A DNA stretch of 63,183 nucleotides, filler included, from Kipferlia bialata (lineage: Eukaryota): assembly GCA_003568945.1 (NCBI GenBank). It is 3 parts of 3 records of this genome, joined end to end, with 100 filler letters (N's around TTAATTAATTAA, not from the genome) between each part and the next. Parts side by side here need not be neighbours in the genome. Positions count along the whole stretch, not along the records: positions 23,894 to 55,850 come from BDIP01000096.1; 2 more parts are not named here. One strand, 5' to 3'. A program made the translations under genes and the position numbers. This document shows, in pieces, positions 38,174-50,639 of the stretch. How positions within the stretch are numbered: the stretch's first letter is position 1; each line of letters begins with the position of its first letter. Under the pieces are notes generated by a model that worked only from the letters and a program-made list of their open reading frames with translations, did no database searches and was not told the DNA's origin.

Positions 38174-41100
38174 CACACACACACTTTCACTAATGTGTAT
38201 ATACATATGTATATATACTAATACCTCTAGGACCCGTCATCACCCACCCCTGGTCCTTCTTCAGTGCACACCAGCCAGGGTCACCGGCACCACTCGATAA
38301 GGTGTATATATTTGTACATACATACATATATATATATACATATAGAATATACTGTGTGTGTATTGTGTTTAGTGCACACCAGCCAGGGTCACCGGCACCA
38401 CTCGATAAGGTGGGTGTGTATGTACATAGATATAGAATATATATATATATATATAGTGAGTATATATTCATACAGGGTACCAACCAGGGTTACGGGTACC
38501 CTTGGACACGGTATTTGTCTGTGTCTATATCTAGTGAAAGAGTATGTGTATTCACATAGACCCTATATTTGGGTATATAGTTTTGGGTGCATGCTCCCCC
38601 CTCAGGATACCATCCAGTGCAGAATGACATTCCTCTCTCTCTCTCTCTGTATATATTTATACATAGTTGTATTCATATTCTTATCTCTCAGGACACCATC
38701 CAGACTGTGCAGAATGACATTCCTCTCTCTCTCTCTATATATACTTACATAATTGTGTGCATATTCTTACCTCTCAGGAAACTATCCAGACTGTCCAGAA
38801 TGACATTGCCTGGGTATACCCAACAGACACAGACGTGTATGCACTGGCATGGCACCTGGTACGGTGGTGCATATTGTCTTGTGTGTATTGATTAGAAGTA
38901 GCCTATTGAAATTTGTTCTAAAGTGTATTCCTCTCTTACCCACTGGTCACAGACGTGTTCCCTGCTCTGAACATAATGTATATTACTACTATGACGTGTA
39001 AGCCTTGAACTGGCTCGATAGTATACATTGTGCATAACCCACAGGTCACGGACGTGTTCCCTGCCCCGGACAGCATCGACAGCAATGCAAGCGCAGTGCT
39101 GGAGTATGCGGCAGGTATGTAATTGTGTATCTGCCCTATTACCTTTAAGTATAGAGTTTCATATGTTTGCGTGTGCTATTTGTATCTGCCTACCCCCCAG
39201 GCCTGTCCTGCGGCATGAGTGCAGACTGTCTGGCCACTGGGAGGAGACCCCCACTCGGGACAGGTATGTAGTATTGTACTCTCTCTCTCTCACTCTCTCT
39301 CTCTCTCTCTCTCTCATAATATGTCCACGTATACCCTCACTCCATATCTGTAGTCCCAGGCTGTCCACCTTTCTCTGTATATATAGAGGAACTCTTCATA
39401 TTATCAGATAATACACCCACATCCAGGCTTCTCCTTCCTGTCCACCCCCCTGTGTACTCTCATCTCTCTCTCTCTTTGTATCTCTCTTGTATATAGAAAC
39501 TATAATCTCCATATCCTCATTACAACACACCCACATCCAGGCTTCTCCTTCCTGTCCACCCCCCTGTGTGGTCTGTTCCACTGTGTAAGCACTACATGTG
39601 GGGGGTACCAGTACGCACACTCCCTCATTGGTATGCAAGTAGTGTATATACATACACCCAGTCCCTTACGCACTGTGCTGCATGTCACACTATCACGGTA
39701 TACACTTATGTGTATATCAGTGAGTACTACAATTGTAGTAGGTATTATAGTGTATACCCACTTACTCCCAGGCACTGTGCTGCACTCTGTGTTCAGTCAG
39801 GTGTCAGCATCGACATTCAGTGAGCAGAGCAGGTGTGTATATACATTTACATTTTTCATCTGTATTATTAATAATATGGAGACTAGTATGCATACTTAAT
39901 TGCTATCCAGATTCAGTGAACAGAGCAGGTGTGACAAGGTTCATCTATGCATGCCTCTATATATGTAACGTGTACTTATTCTTATATTGTACCTATCCAC
40001 ATTCAGGTGTCGGCATCCACATTCAGTGAGCAGAGCTGATGGGTATATACATATCTATATTGTATTTTGTTATGGCTCTCTCACCCCCAGCACCCGTTCC
40101 TCTGCCCAGCTCAGATGTAGTCCAGACGTCGACAGGTATAGATAGATACGAGAACCGCCGTTGTATTGTTTGCTCTACATATAGTGATCTCTCACCTCAC
40201 CCCAAGGACCCGCTTCCTCACCACTGTCAACCTGCTACTTGCCCTCAAGGACAACGCCACGTCACTCCCCCCATTGCTTCTAGGTATACATATACGTATA
40301 TGTATACCTATTCGTGTGTATACTACATATGTTTAGCTGAAGGACAACGCCACGTCACTCCCACCCCTGCTGCTAGGTATATCTCTCTTTCTCTCTCTCT
40401 CTCTCTCTCTTACTGGTTTTGACGAAATTAGTAGGCCTGGTACTTCTATATATACGTATGATCTCACCCTAGATATTCTGCGCACCGTCGTGTCCTACAC
40501 CCACCCCACCCTTCTCGAGCCATTGGCCCTCTCACGCTATGGAGAGAAGATAGTCAGAGACAGAGATAGAGAGAGAGAGGAGGGACGGGACGCAGTAGCT
40601 GCTAGTCCCCAAGGTGGTGAGGGAGAGGTAGAGAGAGAGAGAGAGGTCTCTGATTCAGACGGGTCGTCGGAGCAAGAGAGAGAGAGAGAAGCAGCATACA
40701 GGGACAGATCGGAACAGGTGGGGGGTCCAATGTGCATATTCTGTCCATATCTCTATAGCTTGTGTGTTCATAGTCTGACATCCAGCGCAGTGCCCTCTGC
40801 ACACATGATAGTGTAAAGTTAAACAACATATTATACTATATTTGTTGTTTCTATACTATCTGCTACCCTTCCTGACCCATCAGCGCATGGCCCCCCTGCA
40901 CTCACTGGTCTATGAGGTCATGTTTGTACACGTCCTGGAGCCAATCATTCAGGTAGAGGAGTTGTTTCAACATTGCGTATCTACCTCTCATACATGTATG
41001 TATATGGAGAGTATATCTCTCTTCTCACCACAAGGACCAGGGCTTTGTGGAGTCTGTGTGCTTTGCAGGGGATATTGACGTGGCACCCACCACAGTGGGG

Positions 41101-44100
41101 GAGATACTGCTAGGTATATTATATATGTATATATATATATATGGTATAGTATATATATATATATGGTATGTATCGATGTGGCACCCACCACAGTGGGGGA
41201 GATACTGCTTGGTTGGTGGATACGCACCCATACATGTATTCATGTGGACCTAGTGTCTCTGCCTCCAGTACTGTCTTAACACCCTCCCAACCCCAGGCGC
41301 TTTTGACACGCTGCGGTCTGAGGTCTACAATGACTTCTGCCGGGCATCTGTCTCCAGAACACCAGACACCCTGGCACAACTCGAGAAGGTATTCGAACAA
41401 CCAGACACTCACATACATATACAAATGTGTGTGTGCTGTTAATACCTTCATTACTATTGCAAACATCACTTACCCTAGGACGCCTCTGTAGTCTGTGCTG
41501 GTCCATGTGCTGATGTACCTGGAGTCAATGAGCCTAGCACTGACCACTACACCTTCAGCCCCAGACTCACAGCATGGCTGGAGAGGGAGAGACAGTACAC
41601 GTATGAGCAGGTAGACAGCAACATTTGTATATACTAGTGCACTGGCTGCTATATGTCTCACTGCATCCTACTCTATCAGATTATAGTTACATGACTGGTG
41701 CATATATATGTGAGTATTCCCCATGTTCACTGTTCCCCATATATATGTCACCCCAGGCCACCAAGGAGCAGATGCAATGGAAGCTGAGGATCAGGAAGGG
41801 AAACGGGTATAGGTATGGATCCCACTGTGTGTATTTCCAGAGATGTATGTTCATGCACACCATGTACTCTTACCCATAGGGCCCTTGCCGTCATGTCTGG
41901 TGGCCACACCTCCTCCTCCTACCTAGCTGCCACACTGTTCCCCCAGCAGCACCCTGCGTCAGTGCCACCCACCCTGAGGAGGGCACATACTATAAAGGTA
42001 TTAGTATGTTATAGTAGAGTATAGACAGTGTTCTTACTCTGATGGCACCGCGACTGACCCAAGGCCAGGAGGAGAGAGAGGGAGAAGGCAGCCAGTGAGG
42101 CAGAGACAGAGGGTAGTCTCACACGGACACAGTCCCTGCAGACACCCAGGTACAGAGTGGTAACATGTCACAGACTATTGTCACAATAGGGTATGTCTAA
42201 TCAATAGGAATAGGACAAAGCGCACGTCTGACCCTGATGCTGACCCGTATGTCAGAGACAGAGAGAGGGGGGCAACTAGCGACCAGGAGAGAGAGAGGGA
42301 GAGGGAGAGATCCTCTGACCGTGGCCGTATCACATCATCTCCATCTGCATCTAGTCTGTCATCCATGGTCATGCCAAAGTGAGTTCAGGTTTTATAAGAA
42401 TATATATATATATATCTACTGTCTATCTCTCTGTCTATCCATTGAATCTGATTCCCAACCAACACATGTTCTATACACATATACAATTCATTATTAAACA
42501 ATATTTATACTATGTTATCTTTTCATACTCTCTCCCCCCAGGTATCTGTTCAACAGCGTTGTGATGGCCAAGCCAGCCAGAGACCCACAGAGGACACTCA
42601 GCTCAAGTGAGTGTATGGAGACAGAAGCATAATGTGATAGCTATCTGTATCTCTCTCTCTATATATGTGTGTGTTACTCAAATACGACCATGGGATCTCT
42701 ATGTGTATTATTCCAAGCATAGTTGTGTACTATATACTATACTGAATTGTTATCACTCACCCTAGGTTCTAGTGCCGTCCGGGGCATGATGTACACAGAC
42801 AGTGACACAGAGAGTGAGGTGTTGATAGACGGTGTGGACCTGGCCCTACTCCCCAATGCAGGGGGGGCAGACAACTATGCTCAGGTGGGTACCATATACA
42901 AACACTACACACATCCGATATACTACATCCCATTGTTATATATCCATATATATTCTCTGTAGAGCTTTCCACAGATTGGATGCAATGAGAAACTATGCAT
43001 ATATATATATATATATTTGTGGTACAGTCTCCCCACCCCAGGTGCAGCAGAAGAAGGCAAGGTTCCTCAGTGCTACAGTGGCTACAACTGCAGGTATATG
43101 CATGTGTATATCTATACAGCCGTATACATATATAAAGCAAGTGATAATCTGGTTCCAGTGATCTAAGTAGTAAAAATATATATAGTACATCCGCAATGTC
43201 TCACCCCCAGCCTGTCTGATTAAGGGTCTTCTGTTTGACTATGTCTTGAGGACAGAGGCACACACCACACACACACCTGAGGGGGAGAGAGAGAGAGAGG
43301 ATGATGAGGATGGAGAGTGCGACAGGGTCACCAGTGTATGGGAGAGAGATGCCAGTACCATCAGCCCCACTGTAGCAGTGACACCTACTAAGGAGGGAGA
43401 GAGGGAGAGAGAGAGAGATGGTAGGAACATGACTCTACAGAGAGGTCGCCCCACTCCCTTTGACCTGGGTCTGGTCAGGGGGTCTCCTTCCCCTACCACA
43501 TCGCCTACTGAGTCCAAGTACCCTATTGGTATACCACCACTGGTATCACCTGCTGGTATACTAAGAGAGGGCAGTAAGGAGAACATCATGATACCTGGAA
43601 GAGAGAGAGAGATGAAGAGCGAGGGGCTAAAGCCTCTGGCAGGTGCTATGGGTGGGTCACTCATGTTCCCACCTGCCTGCTTGTCCCCAGTTGCATCACC
43701 TACCAAGGGGGGAGATACCTACACGATACATCCATATGCCACTCTGCCTGGCCTACCTGCCCTGCCTCTCTACACATGCGCCAAGGGTAACACCCTGAGT
43801 ACACTGGGTGCAGCAGGTAAGAGTAGAATAGTCACTGTGGTATATAGACATTGTCATATGTACTAATATTGTCCTATATATGCATATACTGTGCTTTCTT
43901 ATTGTATTGTATATGCAACCACTCATCCCAGTTGTGACCCTCCCTGCTGCCCTTGATAGAAGGCACTCGGCACCCCTGGTGGTGAGGGCCACAGACCCAT
44001 GGCTAGGTTAGTGTCATCTGCAATCATGTGTTATACGACCCTGTATCAAGATATTGTGTAGTACTTGACTGCTTTGATCTACTCTGTTTACCGCCAGTAA

Positions 44101-47100
44101 TGTAATATATAAAATGTCGTCTCAACCTTACCCCAGGACTTGTCACCAAGCTGCTCTATGCCGTGTCCAAGCCAACACAGGAGACCAGCTCTAGGTATGA
44201 TCAACCGCCTGACAGAGAGTGTGTCCCTCTACAGTGTACACATACTCTGAATAATGATTTGTGGGAAATGGAGTAAACATTTGCTAGTCAGTGCACTTGT
44301 CTAAAGACCCAGTGTCCCCCTCGATTTGTAACATCATTCGTCACTCTATCAATTTGCATATGTATTCAATCGATACACTCCTTGACCCCAGACCTAGTGT
44401 CCCCCTTGACAAGACCCTGCACATCTTCAGCCCCAGACAGAGGCCCCACTCCCCAGGTCTCAGGGGTAGTAGAGCAGCTAGAGGTACTAGTCCCGGAGAG
44501 ATTAGGGAGGGAAGGCATAGAATGCGCAGGAGTGTGAGGGGAGAGAGAGCTGCCTCACCCGGGAAGGGTAGTCCAGATGGGGAGAGGAGGACGATTGATC
44601 TGCCTGGGCTGGGGTCATCTTACCAGGGCATATTAGGTGAGACACTACATACATATATGAGTAAGTATTGTATATGGTATGTATTGATGTCTCACCGTCC
44701 AGCCTGGTTCCTCGCCTCTCTGTGGCGTCCCTCCCCCAGACACAAGAGGTCCTGCAGCCAGACACGCATCAACACAGTGTATGTGGATGACAACTTCAGG
44801 TGAGGGAACGTGTATGCTGTATGAATATCAATGTGTCACTGTCAGGACAACTATAAGTGGACTTCAGTAGTCTTACATCAACACATAGTATTACCATTAC
44901 GTTTTGAGTTGCCAACAGCACAATGAATGTATGGAGTATATCGTATGGTATGGGAGTATGTTTGTAATGCTCTAACCGTAGGGGAGGGCGAGGAGGAGAG
45001 ATCCACCCAGCTGTGAGGGGTACCCTCGGGCATCTGAAGGTGAGATAGGATAGTACATTCACATGTATACGTGCATGTGTGTATAGGTTGCTTTCCCGTT
45101 CCCCACCCCTCTCCCCTCACCCCAGTACAGCACCAACTACAAGCTGCGTTCCCTCCTCTCCTCTGCACCAGTGGACAATGCGGCACAGAGGTCCTTCATC
45201 ATAAGCAGGTACTGTGTGTGTATTTCATGCATGAATGTATGTTTGGTGAACCTAAAGACTACGATGTTGCCTCACTGTCTGGTCTCAATACCTGACTTCT
45301 TGAGCTACTATCCCTGTGTATACATGTAAATGTATGAACTGTTTTTCTTGTGGGTTCTCACAATCTAATTGTATTCTGTTCCTGACACAGGCTCCTAGAG
45401 CTTCCCTCCCTGTGTGCCCATGTACTCAGATGTGTATCAGGCGAGCAGTACAGGTAAACGGTAGTATATTTCTATACTTTTATATACATACATATACATA
45501 TATATATATGCGTATGTTCTCCTCACCCCCAGCCCTGTGATGGGCATCGATCGCTGTACCTTCCTATCATTGTCTCTCTCTCTCTCTCTGTACATCTCTA
45601 CATATAATTATGCTTCTCTCACTCCCAGCCCCGTCATGGGCATCGATGGCCGTGCCTATCTAGTCCTATCATCCATCCTCCAGCTGCCCAACCTACACTC
45701 CCTGGTGGCTGACATTGCCACACACGATGTCCCATACTTTGTCACAGCAACTGCAGCATTCACACAGGTACTACAGTATTAGCCCGTAAACCTACGCGAT
45801 AGTTATGTCAGAGTGTATAGCTACGCGATGACACATTCTAACCGATAGCACCGTCACCAGAGGCTCTGTCCTCTGTTTGCTGGTCTAGAGAGAGCACATG
45901 CTGCCCATATGGCACTGAACGACTTCTTCACGGAGCAGGTACATGGGAGTGTATTCAATTTGTGGATCTCTCTTCTGTGAATTATGTGAAGTGAACTTCT
46001 GTCTCTTCTCTCATTACAGGACCTCCGCAAGAATGGCCAGCAGTTGGTCAACCAGATATCCAGGAGGGAGAGCATCATTCTGGGGGCCACAATGCACAAC
46101 AGGTTTGTAATTCCATCACATCAACTTCATATTTATCTAGCTTCATCTCTTTTATGCACAGGTAGTATGTCACTCTCTCTATTACTCTTTCTCTCCGTCT
46201 TGCCAATTTTCTAACAGTTAGAAAGTATGCTGCGGATTGGATAGCGGACCGTCTCCCCCCCTCAGCGACAGAGAGAGAGGGAGAGAGAGTGGAGTTTGGG
46301 GTGGCGGTGGGAGAGGGAGAGGATGGTGCCAAGATGCAGGAGCTCATAGAGCACCAGGTACCCATTTTTACACACTCACACACATATATATATATGTGTG
46401 TGTGTTTTCCTGTATTCTCTCTCTCTCACTCTCACCCCCAGGGTCTCTATGTACTAGCTGAGAGTATCTACCAGATGCAGGGTGGCACACAGTACATCAG
46501 GCACCGGCTCTCTCCTTCACTCTCTCTCCCTCTGTGTATTTCTTATACTCTCTACTTATACATGCTCTTTGTCTCTAACCCCACTCCTTGCCGCATTGTC
46601 TCCCTCACAGTCTCTCTCTCGACCTCTGAGTGTTTGTGTCTCTCTTATACCAACCTTGCCATAAGTGATTAACCCCCAGCCCCTGCCGCATCTTCTCCCT
46701 CCCCGAGCGCATCATCCTCCCTGGCTCCATCATGGAGTACATCCTGTTCCACCTGGACAGGTTCAACGTGGCCAACAAGGTACAGCCCCCCCCCTCTATA
46801 TGTTTGTAGTAGACTTACTACATATATAGTATATACATTGTATTTATTGCATGTATCATGGAGTACATCCTGTTCCACCTGGACAGGTTCAACGTGGCTA
46901 ACAAGGTACGATCCATAGGGTTAATTCCTTCATTGACACACAGATTTTCACATATACACACCATTATATATACAATTGGAAAGTATATAGGTATACATCC
47001 TGTTCCACCTGGACAGGTTCAACGTGGCTAACAAGGTAAGATCCATAGGTACATTCCTTAATTTACACACTCACAGATATATTTCAATTTGAATATATAT

Positions 47101-48666
47101 AAGTATACATTCTCGTCCACTTGGACAGGTTCAACGTGGCTAACAAGGTGTGTATCATATATTGAATTATTGCTTTCCTGTGTATCATATACAACCCTGC
47201 CTTACTGCTAGGACCGCGCCCCCTCCATCAATGACATCTGGCGTGCTGCAGACCTGTCTCCTGCCAAGAGATACACCGAGGAGCCATTCTGCAGACTCAA
47301 TATGGTATGTATACACTTATACATGATAGTGATTTTATGTGCATGTATGTTAACTCCCCAGGTCCGCCATGCTGTTCTGTTGATGTACAGACTGGTGTAC
47401 CAGGTGGTGCTCAACTTCCCACAGGGCAGGTACTACCCACGCTCTACCTCTCTCTCTATTCTGGTGCAGGTGCAGAGTGTGGTACTCTTTGTCCCTACTT
47501 ATATATCCCCATTTAAGTATTCAAATACACAAGTATCTAATTCAGCCCCTTTGGCAACTAGTGGCGTATACTCAACCTTATATCTCTCTCTCTCTCTCTA
47601 CCCCTTAGGCCCTTTGCCAAGGAGTGGCCGATGCCCAGTGCCAAGACACTCTCTACACGCAACACAGTCCTATGCCGGTACCTCTTCGACGCTATATTCA
47701 GCCAGTATGCAGACAGGTGTGTGACAAGTCAACGTGTAACGTGCTATATTGTGCACTCTAACTCCTTAGGATCCTGGGTCTCTTCTCTGTCTCCGATGAC
47801 TCTGATCTTGTCACAGCTGTGACTACTATATCCCCAAGGGAGAGACATGCATTCCTCGCCTCCTATGACACATACCTCACAGAGAAGGGGATCCCACCGG
47901 GTCACCCAGCATTTGAGAGGTGGGTGTAATCTTAGTATATTTCTTAGTATACATATGTCAACTGTCCTTACATCAGGATCTCAGCCCAGTTTGCCAGTCT
48001 GGCACAGGCCAGAGACCCATTCAGGTATCCCACCTCTATATACCTCTATCTCTATCTTTCTATCTATCTCTTTGTTTGCATTTTCTGGTTGATAAGTTCC
48101 AAAGCTACCCACCGTGTCACCCCCCAGTGTGGTTGAGCAGATCAGGCTTGTCTATGTGTGCATCATAGACCAGTGTGCACTACTCAGGGAGGAGGTGTCT
48201 GCGGAGTTTCTGCAGGTATCACTATATTTATACATATATATATGCACTTATATTATATATACATCATACTGTATATAGTATTGTTCTGAGGGAGGAGGTG
48301 TCGACTGAGTTCCTACAAGTATATATTAATAACAAATCGTATATCATAGTATACATCATGTATAGATTGCCATTCACCCTCACCCCAGGCCATCACTGTC
48401 CGATGCATCTTCAGTGCCTCCCAGGCCCCTGTCAACCTGGTCACAAACTGTGTACTCACTGCACTATTCTCAAGTGTGTCAGACGCACCGGAGGAGATCA
48501 CATGCCCCTTCCTGGATGCTGACGTCAACCACGAGGCAACAGGTAGGGTGTATGATAGTGGATTGAACTAATTCTCAGCACATCATATATATCATTGACA
48601 CTTCTTCTCACTCTAGGCATGCGTCTCCGTATTGAGACGTCAGTGTACAATATCCTGAGGCGGTAG
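36596..48666 (+). CDS. Large multi-exon protein, N-terminal RasGAP-like helical region plus C-terminal VPS9-like domain (GAPVD1/RME-6-like architecture, divergent); start not seen
   Basis: More than 30 GT-AG exons. The C-terminus CALLREEVSAEFLQAITVRCIFSASQAPVNLVTNCVLTALF..NHEATGMRLRIETSVYNILRR* parallels the VPS9 consensus (SADDLLP..PxNLxSN..GExxY..LxxAVxFI). The RasGAP resemblance is weaker. Confidence refers to the domain call; the gene itself is clear. Confidence 0.5.
46728..47150 (+). repeat. Four copies of exon 3' end plus donor
   Basis: GGACAGGTTCAACGTGGC(C/T)AACAAGGT occurs at about 46755, 46881, 47011 and 47123. Confidence 0.93.
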
Positions 48667-49041
48667 GTAGTTCCCACTGAGTAAGAGAGATATCTCCTCT
48701 TCGACTCAAACCCTTGAGTGTTTGTTGTGACTTGATATGTGTTGGTTAGTCAATTGTGTTCTTGTGTGGTTATGTTTCAATAGAAGTGAAGGCTCTTAGT
48801 GTATTGTACAACACTGTTGCACACCATAACTATACTACCAATATTAATAATATACGGACGTCAATCTATTCAAATCTGTCCGAAACAAGAACATCAAACC
48901 AAGCGAAGTGCATTGGCTCAGCGGATATCATACATAATCAACACTTCCAACACAACCAATAATAAGAATGGGGCCAGTTATCGAGAAGTAACACAAATAT
49001 ATAGAAAGTAGCCATGTAAGCGAACCCCACAGGACCCCTGA

Positions 49042-50590
49042 TCAGTTGTCCATGACTAGTCTAGGCAGCCACACAGCCTGGGGGCCATCGGTGGACCCTC
49101 TACGCACAGGTGCAACGTCAAAGCCATTACTAGACCCACTCAGAGGAGACCCCAGACTGTCTCTGTCAGTATCTCGCGTTGAACCTAGGGATATGCGACG
49201 GGGATTGGCGTCTGCGTAGGAGAGGCCCCGGCGCCCACCTGGGGAGGAGGCTCTTTCTCCCCCTATCGAGTAGACTCTGCCCCTAGCAACGGCGTAACCC
49301 TGGGAGCTATGGGTAGTATGTGAGGCACCAGAGGGTGCTACTGCATCATAGTCCCTCTGCATCTCTCTCTCTCTCTCCCTCATGACAGAACCCCTCCGAC
49401 TAACTGTACCGACGCTGGAGCTTCGAGAGACCTATTGATAAGACAAACACTCACATAAGAATAATTATAAGGATAGGATTCATTTAGTGTACACACTACT
49501 TACCGTATGGCCTCTTGATTGTGGTCTGCCCCCCCTGCCACCTCTCCCCCGGGATCTACCCCTATTGGGTCTAGCCTTGGGACTCTTGCCAGGGCCATTC
49601 ACGTGGTAGGTACGGCTATCCCTTGGGGCACTTCTGAGGATGAAAGAGAGAGAGTAAGGCAGAGAGAGAGAGAGAGAGAGAGAGATACTTGTATATACCT
49701 AGCGTTTGGCTGTATCCGGAACCCATCACTGACAATGTGGGAGTCGACGTGGCTCTTGGGTCAGTGTTGTGTATATATATAACACAAATACAAACCAATG
49801 ACTCCATATACTATATATATGATAATTAGTAATAATAGTATGCGCTCACCTGCCCCATATACTCGTACAATGCCTCCAGCCTCGGTCTCCGTCCATCGAA
49901 AAAGTCGGTGTAGAATGACCCCGTGGTGGCAGGGAAGACCAGTCTGAACCCAGTGCTCTGAACGGCTGTGAGCTCACGTTGGAAGTTCCTAAGAGGTGAG
50001 CATAGGTACTATCATTATACATGTAGACAATACTCAGCGCAGAAAAAATACATGCGATTGTAAGATATCGTACCTGTGCAGGTGTGCGACCTCAGCCGTG
50101 GAGAGGACACTCTCCCTGGCCCCGTCCAGCCGCCACCTCTCTCGCCCTCTCGCCGTGCTACCAGCTGTACTCGTCCTAGGCATAGGGAGAGAGAGAGACC
50201 GGGCCATACTAAACCTGTTCGGTGTACCCGACATGGGTCTGGCTGATCTGTCAGGTCCGTTGTTCCTGACACCCCTGGAGACAGGGCGGGTGTCCCTAGT
50301 GCCCCTGTTAGGCGTTGACAGGCGCCGAGGGCCGCGTCTGCCACTGTACACAGAGCGGGGTTTGGGCTTCTTGCCACCCCTACAGTGAGAGAAGGGCAGG
50401 GATGGACAAAGATGATGGGAAAGTGATAGTATGTGTATTATATACATATACAGTAGAGTATATACCCACCTGCTCTGCAAGGGCATGAGCAAGGGAGATG
50501 CCGAGAGAGACGAGTGCAGGGGCCTCCCCGGGGTGTGTGTGCTGATGCCACATATGTTGAAGGACTCAGCAACGACTCTGGCTGGGGGGT

Positions 50591-50639
<49 letters not shown>

